Assembly (NCBI GenBank): GCA_013426755.1
Contig: AP019861.1
Span: 1,254,270 to 1,318,269 of the forward strand
DNA from: Spirochaetota bacterium
GTDB lineage: Bacteria; Spirochaetota; UBA12135; COTS27
Direction of reading: 5' to 3'
DNA: 64,000 nt
Part shown: positions 54,025 through 62,614 of the stretch, in pieces
Layout of the letters: each line of letters opens with the position of its first letter
How positions within the stretch are numbered: position 1 is the first letter of the stretch
The notes under the pieces: generated by a model
Databases searched by the model: none
Told to the model about the DNA's origin: nothing
What the model saw: only the letters and a program-made list of their open reading frames with translations
Made by a program: the position numbers and the translations under genes

Positions 54025-57000
54025 ATGAAAATGAAAAACGGGCTTAAAAAGATTTGGCTTCCGATAAAGGAGTTCTTAAAGAAGTGGGATGTTATAGATT
54101 GGGTTGTAAGTTTCATATGTGCTGCAATTATCACACTTGAATTATTTCTTCTAACAAAACTAGAGATTTTACCCTTCATAATAGAGATTTTACCCTTCAT
54201 AAAGGAGTGGCCTTATATACACTGGATAGTTGGACTTATAGTTATTTTTCTATTAGTTCTTCTAACATTATTATTTATAAAACAGCGACTTCTTACAGAT
54301 TTGTATATATTATTATTCACATTTCTTATATTAATTGGGTTAGATATAGTTTTATCATTCTCAGAAGATTGGTCTCTTATATATAGGATAATTATTGTTA
54401 TTCTTATTATTTGGCTAGATATTATTTGGCTAGACTTTCTAAAAAACCATGCAGTATTATCCTTTATAAAACAGCGGCATCTTACAGATTGGGTTATAGT
54501 AATCACATTTTTTATATTAATTAATTTAGGTATAGTTTTATATAAAACTATTTATCACGATACAAACTATCAGAGTAAAAGTGCACAGAATGAAAAATGT
54601 CTGCCTGAAGTATTAGGAAATTTAGGAAAAACAAGCAACAATGTAATAAACGACAATAAAACAACAAAAGAAACAGTAGACAACGGTAAAACAAACAACA
54701 ATTCAACAAACAATGAAATAGAAAACTATAGCCAAATAACCAACAATTTACCAAAAAATAACGCAACAGAAGACAATGAATGTGGCAATATTGGAGTAGC
54801 CATAGAACGTTTAGGTTTCGCGATTGGTGGTGTCATAGCGTTATTAGTCGCACTGGCTAGTTTAAGACGAGTAAAAGCTTTAGATGATACCGCTGAGGCA
54901 CAGAATAAAATCGCCGAAGCAGAGGAACAAGGAAATATCGAAGACCGCTATAAAAATGCGATTGAACGGCTTGGAAACGATAAATCAAGTGTTCGTCTGG
55001 CAGGAGTTTATGGACTGTATTATCTAGCCAAAGATAACGATTTCCGTTGCGAAAATATCTGTGACGTGCTCTGTGTTTATATAAGAGATATTACGACTAG
55101 TAAAGAACCTATTTCTAAAAATCTCCCTAAAATTTACTCTGATATATATAAAAACAAACCATCTAACGATGTGCAGAGCATTCTCAATCTTCTAACAAAT
55201 AAAGATGAGGATAAAAATTTTCCTTTTAAGTCTCACTTGATAGACTTATCAAATGCTTATATCAACGGGACTAATTTATCACGAGCCCAGATGCAAGGAG
55301 CTGATCTAGAAGAGGTCGAACTTAATAAAGCTAATCTAGAAAATGCTAATCTTAACCCTTACGAAGATAAAACTAATTCAGAGGATGAAAAACAAAAGAC
55401 TAACTTAAAAAAAGCTAAACTTCAAAATGCTAATCTAAAAGACGCTGAGTTTAAAGAAGCTAATCTAGAAGGAGCTAACTTCAAAGAGGCTAATCTAGAA
55501 AGGGCTAACTTCAAAGGCGCTAATCTAGAAAAAGCCTACTTTAGCTGCATTCATAATTCTAAAAAAAAGACTAATTTAAATAACGCTATCCTTCAAGAAG
55601 CCAATCTAAAAGGTGCCAACCTTAGATATGCTACGTTAGATGATGCTAACTTTCAAGATGCTGAGTTAAACAAGAAATGTCTTAATAGCATTGATAAGGC
55701 TTATCTAAAAAAAGTTAATCTCAATAGTATTATTTTTACGGGTACGGATTTTAATAAAATTAATTTAACGGGCGCCCAGCTAACAAATGCCAATCTTAAA
55801 AAGGCTGAGTTAATGAAAGCCAATCTTCAAAGTACTAATCTAGAAAATGCAGAACTTCAAAGGGCTAATCTAGTAGAAGCCAACCTTAGCTCTAAACGCA
55901 AAAACAATCGAACTAATTTAAGTAATGCCAAATTTCAAGGAGCTATTCTAGAAAAAGCCAACTTTAAAGGTGCTATCTTAAATGGAGCTGAATTTCAAGG
56001 TGCTAAGTTAGATAAAAAATGTCTTGATAGCATTGATAAGGCTTATCTAAAAGATGTTAATCTTAGTGGTATTGTTTTTACGGGTATGAGTTTTAGGAAA
56101 ATTATTTTAAATAATGCCCAGCTACAAGAAGCTAACCTTCGGGGAGCTAATCTAGAAGAAGCCCAACTTAAAAATACTGTTCTTAAAAAAGCTAAACTTA
56201 ACCCTTACAAAAAAACTAATTCAAATAGCGAAAAAATTACTAACTTAAAGAAAGCCCAACTTCAGGGGGCTAATCTAGAAAAAGCCGAACTTAAAAAGGC
56301 TATTTTAGAAAGTGCCAACCTTGAAGATACTACCTTAAATGGAGCTAAATTTCGAGGTGCTAAATTAAATAGAAGATGTCTTAATAGTATTCTTAGAAGT
56401 AAAACTGCATCAATAGATATAAAAAAAGTTGATCTTAGTGGTATTGTTTTTACGGTCAAGAACTTTGATAAAATTAACTTAACAAACGCCCAGCTAAAAG
56501 ATGCTATTTTTATAGACAAAACTACATTTAAAGGAGCCACTTTAACAAATGTCGTTCTTGAAAATGCTACTTTAAAGACAGCCCAATTTCAAGGGGCTAA
56601 TCTAGAAAATGCAGAACTTCAATCGGCTAATCTAGAAAGTGCAAATCTTAACCCTTACAAAAAACAGAAGACTAATTTAGAAAATGCCAAACTTCAGGGA
56701 GCTATTCTTGAAGGTGCTATGCTAAAGGATGCCAATCTTAGAGGTGCTAATTTTGAAAAAGCTAACCTTAACCCTTACAAAAAGAGTAATCCAAAGGGGC
56801 AAAAACAAAAGAATAAAGCAATAAATACCCAACTTCAAGGTGCTAATCTAGAAGGTGCCAACCTTAAAGATGCTAATCTAGAAGGTGCCAACCTTAAGAA
56901 TACGACATTAGATAAAAAGGCTTTTGAGTCGCTTAAAAAAGCAAAATCCTTAAGGAATGCAAGTGTCATTGGAATGAAACTTATACCGAGTAGATTTAAT

Positions 57001-57156
57001 CAGATATTCAATATTGAGTCGCTTAAAAAAACAAAACTCATTGGAAAGCAGCCTATATCGAGTATATTTAATCAGATATTCAATAAAAATCCAATACCAC
57101 TAACACCAAAACAGAAAAATGAACTTAAAAAGAAATTTCCTGGTGTGATTTTATAG
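54025..57156 (+). CDS. Large polytopic pentapeptide-repeat protein (PRP family member 4)
   Basis: 1043 aa. The extended N-terminus has about 6 hydrophobic helices, including a duplicated FIKQR.LTD module. An N/T-rich linker and the family N-domain follow (QGNIEDRYKNAIERLGNDKSSVRLAGVYGLYYLAKDN ... KPSNDVQSILNLLTNK). Then come about 650 aa of Lys-rich pentapeptide repeats (ANLE.A.LK.ANL) interrupted by CL.SIDKAYLK..NLS.I.FTG modules. It lacks the family C-domain. Confidence 0.85.
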   Translation: MKMKNGLKKIWLPIKEFLKKWDVIDWVVSFICAAIITLELFLLTKLEILPFIIEILPFIKEWPYIHWIVGLIVIFLLVLLTLLFIKQRLLTDLYILLFTFLILIGLDIVLSFSEDWSLIYRIIIVILIIWLDIIWLDFLKNHAVLSFIKQRHLTDWVIVITFFILINLGIVLYKTIYHDTNYQSKSAQNEKCLPEVLGNLGKTSNNVINDNKTTKETVDNGKTNNNSTNNEIENYSQITNNLPKNNATEDNECGNIGVAIERLGFAIGGVIALLVALASLRRVKALDDTAEAQNKIAEAEEQGNIEDRYKNAIERLGNDKSSVRLAGVYGLYYLAKDNDFRCENICDVLCVYIRDITTSKEPISKNLPKIYSDIYKNKPSNDVQSILNLLTNKDEDKNFPFKSHLIDLSNAYINGTNLSRAQMQGADLEEVELNKANLENANLNPYEDKTNSEDEKQKTNLKKAKLQNANLKDAEFKEANLEGANFKEANLERANFKGANLEKAYFSCIHNSKKKTNLNNAILQEANLKGANLRYATLDDANFQDAELNKKCLNSIDKAYLKKVNLNSIIFTGTDFNKINLTGAQLTNANLKKAELMKANLQSTNLENAELQRANLVEANLSSKRKNNRTNLSNAKFQGAILEKANFKGAILNGAEFQGAKLDKKCLDSIDKAYLKDVNLSGIVFTGMSFRKIILNNAQLQEANLRGANLEEAQLKNTVLKKAKLNPYKKTNSNSEKITNLKKAQLQGANLEKAELKKAILESANLEDTTLNGAKFRGAKLNRRCLNSILRSKTASIDIKKVDLSGIVFTVKNFDKINLTNAQLKDAIFIDKTTFKGATLTNVVLENATLKTAQFQGANLENAELQSANLESANLNPYKKQKTNLENAKLQGAILEGAMLKDANLRGANFEKANLNPYKKSNPKGQKQKNKAINTQLQGANLEGANLKDANLEGANLKNTTLDKKAFESLKKAKSLRNASVIGMKLIPSRFNQIFNIESLKKTKLIGKQPISSIFNQIFNKNPIPLTPKQKNELKKKFPGVIL

Positions 57157-58275
57157 CAGAAAATTTTCGGATGAAGGAGGCGGGATAGGTCCCCAGTTCC
57201 GTGCCGTAAAGAATGCGGTAAGATCACCTTCATTTTGAATCATTGCCTGAAAGACCATTCGCTTATACGTCACAGGATGAGAAAATGAAAGCATTTCTGC
57301 ATGCAAGAAATGACGCGGTAATTCCAATTTTTCTAACAAAGCCGATGTAAGCCCCTGTTCTAAAAAGTTTAAAAAATAAGTCTCACTGCGTCCGTAGATC
57401 TTATCACCCACCACAGCAAAACCACTCTCACAAAGATGCGCCCTCACCTGGTGCGTCCGCCCCGTTAACGGATAAGCTGAAAGTAACGAATACGTCTCAC
57501 CCTCCCAATCATACTCGGCGTCTTTATGAAAGTGCGTAACACTTGGTTTGCCAGTTAACGTGTTACGTCCTTGCTTTTTACTCACAATACTGCCTTGCTT
57601 ACGTCCTAACGGAAGCTCCATTTTAAGCATAGGTGGAAATGCCCCATAACTAAGGACACGGTAGCGTTTACGTCCAGTTCTAAGCGCATGACTGAAAATA
57701 GGGACAGCAGCCGCCGTTTTCACAGCCAGCAAAACACCCGAAGTTTCCGCATCCAAACGGTGAATGAAATGACACTTGATACCCCGCTCTGCTAATAGCT
57801 TAACCATGCAGTTATTAAAATAGGCGCCCGAAGGATGACAGGGAAGGCGCGGTGGTTTATTGAAGACGAGTAATTCATTGTCTTCGTATAATAGAGAGAT
57901 GTTGGTTGAGATTGGCGGCTCTGGAAAAATGGTCTCCTTAGCGTAAATGAGGAGATCGCCCTTCTTTAACGGGTATTTAGCAGAGATAAAGGCATTAAAT
58001 ACCTTCATTCGCCCCGCCCTAATCACGCCCTCCCAATGAACCCCCTTATCGTAACGATAAAGGTATTTTAAAACTCCTATATCCTCCGTAATGCCAAAAC
58101 AAAGATAGCCCTTGTAAAAAAGAGGCTCCGTAGGAAAAGATTTTTGCAGATGCGCCGCATTCTCATTATCAATGCTATCTATATAACGACTCAATTCACC
58201 GATCAGCGTATTTTGAGATTTTCGCTGTACCCAAGTACGTTTGTCTCTGTGTTTACGCCATTCTAGTAAATTCAT
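57151..58275 (-). CDS. RluA-family pseudouridine synthase
   Basis: 374 aa. The catalytic motif is HRLDAETSGVLLAVKT. The downstream LTGRTHQVRAHL and FLHAEMLSF motifs are typical of RluA/RluC/RluD enzymes. Its stop overlaps the convergent gene 54025-57156 by 6 bp. Confidence 0.85.
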   Translation of the reverse strand: MNLLEWRKHRDKRTWVQRKSQNTLIGELSRYIDSIDNENAAHLQKSFPTEPLFYKGYLCFGITEDIGVLKYLYRYDKGVHWEGVIRAGRMKVFNAFISAKYPLKKGDLLIYAKETIFPEPPISTNISLLYEDNELLVFNKPPRLPCHPSGAYFNNCMVKLLAERGIKCHFIHRLDAETSGVLLAVKTAAAVPIFSHALRTGRKRYRVLSYGAFPPMLKMELPLGRKQGSIVSKKQGRNTLTGKPSVTHFHKDAEYDWEGETYSLLSAYPLTGRTHQVRAHLCESGFAVVGDKIYGRSETYFLNFLEQGLTSALLEKLELPRHFLHAEMLSFSHPVTYKRMVFQAMIQNEGDLTAFFTARNWGPIPPPSSENFLL

Positions 58276-58356
58276 TAGGCTAGCAGAAATAATATTGAGT
58301 TTTTAATTGAAACTTTTATTGAGTTTTTAAAAAATGCTTATAAATGATTGATAGCA

Positions 58357-58465
58357 TTTTCAAGGAATAACTGGATTTTCAAGGAATAACTAGATTCGCA
58401 GGGAATAACTAGATTTGCAGGGAATAACTGGATTTTCAAGGAGTAACTGGATTTGCAGGGAATCA
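58357..58465. repeat. 19-bp tandem repeat x~6 abutting or overlapping the stop codon of the ThiF-family gene
   Basis: The units are ttttcaaggaataactgga, ttcgcagggaataactaga and tttgcagggaataactgga. The last unit contains the stop (tca at 58463-58465). Confidence 0.9.
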
Positions 58466-59434
58466 GTTAATGGCTGGAATTGGCGGAACATTACTGGGAG
58501 CAAGTGTTTTACAGAATGAACAGAACGGACTTCGTTTGAGGATATGAAATCTATTTTTAGCCGCATCTAGGGTGAGTAATTGATTGGTGAGTAAAGACGT
58601 ATTCGTGTGCAGCGTATTGGGGTTATTATCATGAGGGAAGAGAGCAGCTGTGGAAGTAGCATTTTTGAGATTGGAATCTTTGGGGCTGGAATCTTTGAAA
58701 TTGGATTTGGGGGGGCTGGAATGTGTGAAATTGGATTTTGGGGGGCTGGAATCTTTGGAATTGGAATCTGTGGGAATAGTAGAAGGTACACGGCGTAATA
58801 TAAGCAGAGCTTTTAAAACTTCACTTGCCAGAAAAGACCCGATCATTCCACAGAGCGGAGCAAATACACCATGCGCCGCACAACTCCTCCGCTCATCACT
58901 GTCAATAGTATCAAAAAAACAACGTAAACAGGTACTTTTACTAGGGATAATTGTTGTCACTTGTCCTGTCATGCCTAAGGCACTGCCGTGTACAAACCAT
59001 TTCCCCGCACGAAGTACGGCGTCATGGAGCATTATTTTATCACCCAGAGCGTCTAGACAATCAACAACAATATCTACATTCCGAGTAAGATCAGGCACTG
59101 TGGCTGCATTCAGCTTAACTGCAAGTGGAATTGTGATGATTTCTGGATTGAGTTTTCTAACGACTGCGGTTGCTTGCCGTGTTTTTAGCCGATCAATGTC
59201 GTTCATCGTATAAAGAATCTGACGTTGTAGATTTGATAAAGAAACTTTATCAAAATCGGCTAAATAAAGCGTGCCAACACCCGCCGTAGCAAGATAATAC
59301 GTAACAGCCGAACCCAAGCCGCCCAGCCCCGCAACCAACACTCGCCCACTAGCAATCGCAGAAACACCCACTTCTCCTAACTGAGGCAGAACTAAATGTC
59401 TCGCATGCCGTTCTAAAGTTGCTTCATTCATCAC
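58463..59434 (-). CDS. ThiF/MoeB/HesA-family adenylyltransferase (E1-like) with a repeat insertion
   Basis: 323 aa. It has RHARHLVLPQLGEVG, the nucleotide-binding loop VLVAGLGGLGSAV, and LADFDKVSLSNLQRQ. Two CxxC pairs (CLRC and CSFC) resemble the MoeB/ThiF zinc site. A 30-bp x~4 repeat (SSPPKSNF..) is inserted between the two CxxC pairs. No ThiS/MoaD-like partner ORF is seen nearby. Confidence 0.8.
   Translation of the reverse strand: MMNEATLERHARHLVLPQLGEVGVSAIASGRVLVAGLGGLGSAVTYYLATAGVGTLYLADFDKVSLSNLQRQILYTMNDIDRLKTRQATAVVRKLNPEIITIPLAVKLNAATVPDLTRNVDIVVDCLDALGDKIMLHDAVLRAGKWFVHGSALGMTGQVTTIIPSKSTCLRCFFDTIDSDERRSCAAHGVFAPLCGMIGSFLASEVLKALLILRRVPSTIPTDSNSKDSSPPKSNFTHSSPPKSNFKDSSPKDSNLKNATSTAALFPHDNNPNTLHTNTSLLTNQLLTLDAAKNRFHILKRSPFCSFCKTLAPSNVPPIPAIN
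58664..58783. repeat. 30-bp coding repeat x~4 inside the ThiF-family gene
   Basis: gaaattggatttgggggggctggaatgtgt and variants are reiterated, with gaaattgg at 58697 and 58727. The protein tract is KDSSPPKSNFTHSSPPKSNFKDSSPKDSNLKN. Confidence 0.9.
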
Positions 59435-59516
59435 CCGTCAAATATATCGTATCTTTATTAGAATAAGATTGAAATCAATCTAAATCAATCTAAATTGATC
59501 TAATCGTTTTAAAAAT

Positions 59517-59969
59517 TCAAATAGAATAACTGCGGTCTTCTTGCGTTAATTTATGGTAAGACGTGACAAGCTCACGCAATGTAATCTTTCGCATCGTATC
59601 TAGTGTTCTATTCTGGACTTGTTCGAGGGCTGATTGAATGCTCTGAACAGCATTGACAGAATCATTCGTAGGTGAAGCAGAAAAATCATGTCGGTAATTG
59701 CTTACCGCCCCATCAATCAATAAAATCACTTCGTATAACGTAATATCATTAGGGCTCTTGTCCAGAAAATACCCCCCTTGCGCCCCACGACTACTCCTAA
59801 TCAATTTTCCATGCTTAAGCTGCACAAGTACCATAGACAGCACTTTAAAGGGAATAGATAGCTGCCCTGCTAATTCTTTTGTTGTTATTTTGTATTGACG
59901 AAGGTCTTCACGATAAGCAATGTAAATAAGGGTTCGCAAAGCATAATCGCAACGCCGTGTGATCTTCAT
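59517..59969 (-). CDS. Rrf2-family transcriptional regulator (no Fe-S ligand cysteines evident)
   Basis: 150 aa. MKITRRCDYALRTLIYIA...ELAGQLSIP...L..L...KLIRSSRGAQGGYFL is the Rrf2 winged-helix pattern. The three-Cys cluster of the IscR/NsrR type is absent from the region after the wing. Confidence 0.85.
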   Translation of the reverse strand: MKITRRCDYALRTLIYIAYREDLRQYKITTKELAGQLSIPFKVLSMVLVQLKHGKLIRSSRGAQGGYFLDKSPNDITLYEVILLIDGAVSNYRHDFSASPTNDSVNAVQSIQSALEQVQNRTLDTMRKITLRELVTSYHKLTQEDRSYSI

Positions 59970-60140
59970 AAGGTTCTCGTTTTCACTTGAAAATCTTAAT
60001 TGTTCTCACAATGATACCACATTTAACTCTCAATTGAAAATCTTAATTGCTCTTACAATTATATCACGTCTAACCTAGCTGGAATAAAAGTTTTTATGGA
60101 ATTTCAAGCTAAATCGAATCAATCTCATTGAAATATTGTA

Positions 60141-60200
60141 AATTATCTAAAATTATCTAAAATTATCTAAAATTATCTAAAATTATTTGAAATTATTTGA
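60141..60200. repeat. 10-bp tandem repeat x6 overlapping the stop codon of the TPR gene
   Basis: aattatctaa occurs four times, then aattatttga twice. The TAA stop (60193-60195) and the last codons lie inside the final units. Confidence 0.9.
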
Positions 60201-62484
60201 ATAGGTCTAGGAGTTTTCCATTGCGGAGAGTCCGTATTTTTTGATTGTTGGGGTCCATTTTGTAGGCTGTGTCTAAATATCTGCGCGCCCTGGCAAATTG
60301 ATATGATTGCACAGAGTTTAAACTGGAATGAAAATAGACCATTGCTGTGAGCGTTTCGTCATTGTCTTCGTCGCTTTCTAAGCGCGCTTTATAGAGATAA
60401 TGTTGATATCTGGCATTGTTTTCTAATTTTTTCTCTACTAGGGCTAGATTATATGTGAAGGGCAATGAACGTGGATGCTCTGTTTGTGCTTTTTCTAGCA
60501 TGTTTTTAGCACGCGCCATATCGCCTAATTGGGCGTAGGCGAATGCTTGATTATTGCGAAGTTCTGCTAATTTTTCATTATTGCCCGTCTCAGCAATGGC
60601 GCGATTGTAATAATCTAAGGCGACGTCGTATTCTTTGAGTTTCAAGTAGAGATCAGCGACTTTTTTGTTCAGATCAGGTGACGGACGTTGATAGCGCTTG
60701 AGCAATGCAATGACAGCGTGGTAATCATGGATACTTTCAAAATATTTGGCTAGAATCAATCTAAAATTCTCGTCTGTCTCGTATTCTTTGGTGAACTCAC
60801 GGTATTGTTCTAGGAAATTTTCTTTACCTAAGAGGATTTCTAATTCCAAAATGCTATAAACAACCTCAGGATAACGTCCCCAATTGTCCGTAAACGTTTT
60901 TAGCGCCAGGTAGGCTTTTTCATAATTTTTAGCTTGAAGGTAGACTTGGGTGCGTAAATAATCAACCGCCCGTACTAAACGCGCATTCAATTCATAATCC
61001 TTTGTCAATCTATTAAGAATAACCAACGCTTCATTCCCCTCTTCTAGATTGAAATGCGATACCGCCAAGTAATACAGCAGATCTCTCGTCTCTTCAGACG
61101 TTTTACTGAAACATGAATTGATCGGGTACGTTATTTCTGATCTCGCATATTGCACGCGACTTACTGTAGCGCGATGCGATGCTGAGATTTCTGAGAAGCG
61201 ACCTGATTTTTGCGTAGGATTGATTGCGTTTTGATCGACCCATGCTAAATAACGTTTATAAATAATCCGACTCTTTTTGTAATAACCTTGCATATAATAG
61301 GCATTGCCAAGGGAACGCAGGACTGTGCAGTACCTCATGTCTGCTGGTTCTAGATTGATAAGTGTTTCTTGGTAAAGATCAATGGCACGGTCAAATTGGT
61401 TTGCTTTTAGGGCGCTTTGCCCCCAGTAGTAGAGATAATTGCCGCGCGCTTCCTTCGTTGCCGTATTGACTGCTTTTTCAAAGTAAATCTCTGCTTCCTT
61501 GTAATTACGATCCTCGCTGTGACTCATGGCACGGATAAAATAGACGCGATCGAGATGCCGCGTCCGTCCCAATAACGGGACATTCCCAAGATAATTCAAT
61601 GTCTCTTCGATATTTTCCAGAAAGAAATTGACAAGACTGATCTTAATCATTGTACTCGGCAATTTCAATAACGCCAGGTCTTCGTAAATCACCAATGCTT
61701 CGTCATAACGGGCATTTCTAAAGTAATAATCACCCAATTTTTCATACCCACTCCGATCATTCCCACTGCTTAACGCGCCTGCTTTTTTGTAGTGATAAAC
61801 CAATTTCCCTTCATCGCCCAATTCCTCATAGATCATTCCCATAAACAAATGCGTGAACACGTTTTCATCTAAAACATGCGCCTTTTCTAGTATTTCCAAT
61901 GCTTTTTCATGATTTCCATGCTTCCACAATGTCGTACTCAATAGGAGGTAATATTGGTATTGCTGGCGTTCGCTTACTATTTCCAATGAAGCCTGTTTTA
62001 GATAATAGAGCGTGCGTTTCAATTGTCCTTGTTTGTACGCATCGTAGGCGTAACGGTAGTAATGTCCGAATAATTCTGAGGCTCCTGCATTGATACGATT
62101 GCTTTTTTTATTGGCATTTTTTGGGGTGGTTGCATTGGGTTCTTCAAATAAATTGCTATACTCCTTTAAAAAGTCATTCGCAGCGAGCCGATCCGCTTTA
62201 TTATGCGGGCTATTCAAAACTCCATCTGAGGCATGCTCCGATGGTTTAGAAAAAGAGTCAATGGCTACTTCATTTTCTGCATCCTCTGGGTAAGCAGTGG
62301 TGATTTCCTGCTGCCAGCTGTCTTCAGCACTCTTTCCTACGCTACTCTCCCCTACTTTATACCCTAGCGGGTCTTCGCGTAGCACCACGTACAGCGACAA
62401 AAAACAGGCTGACGCGCCCAGAACCGCCAGGTAATAGCGGCTTTTCTTAATAAAGGCTAGTAACTTATTTTTAGTGATTGGCAT
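60193..62484 (-). CDS. Large TPR-repeat protein with an N-terminal membrane anchor or signal
   Basis: 763 aa. It has a hydrophobic N-terminus (YYLAVLGASACFLSLYVV). Many 34-aa TPR-like units have the A..Y...G.Y..A...Y..AL periodicity (for example YYNRAIAETGNNEKLAELRNNQAFAYAQLGDMARAKNMLEKA). Confidence 0.75.
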   Translation of the reverse strand: MPITKNKLLAFIKKSRYYLAVLGASACFLSLYVVLREDPLGYKVGESSVGKSAEDSWQQEITTAYPEDAENEVAIDSFSKPSEHASDGVLNSPHNKADRLAANDFLKEYSNLFEEPNATTPKNANKKSNRINAGASELFGHYYRYAYDAYKQGQLKRTLYYLKQASLEIVSERQQYQYYLLLSTTLWKHGNHEKALEILEKAHVLDENVFTHLFMGMIYEELGDEGKLVYHYKKAGALSSGNDRSGYEKLGDYYFRNARYDEALVIYEDLALLKLPSTMIKISLVNFFLENIEETLNYLGNVPLLGRTRHLDRVYFIRAMSHSEDRNYKEAEIYFEKAVNTATKEARGNYLYYWGQSALKANQFDRAIDLYQETLINLEPADMRYCTVLRSLGNAYYMQGYYKKSRIIYKRYLAWVDQNAINPTQKSGRFSEISASHRATVSRVQYARSEITYPINSCFSKTSEETRDLLYYLAVSHFNLEEGNEALVILNRLTKDYELNARLVRAVDYLRTQVYLQAKNYEKAYLALKTFTDNWGRYPEVVYSILELEILLGKENFLEQYREFTKEYETDENFRLILAKYFESIHDYHAVIALLKRYQRPSPDLNKKVADLYLKLKEYDVALDYYNRAIAETGNNEKLAELRNNQAFAYAQLGDMARAKNMLEKAQTEHPRSLPFTYNLALVEKKLENNARYQHYLYKARLESDEDNDETLTAMVYFHSSLNSVQSYQFARARRYLDTAYKMDPNNQKIRTLRNGKLLDLFK

Positions 62485-62614
62485 TTTAGCATTGATTTTT
62501 TGGGCACCGTGTTATCAGTCATTTCGGCTACTTTTGAGGGCAGAATGTTAGAGTTAATATTATCGGAGTATTACCAGTCAAAAGTCAATCCTCTTCCTGC
62601 TAATTAGATTTTTT

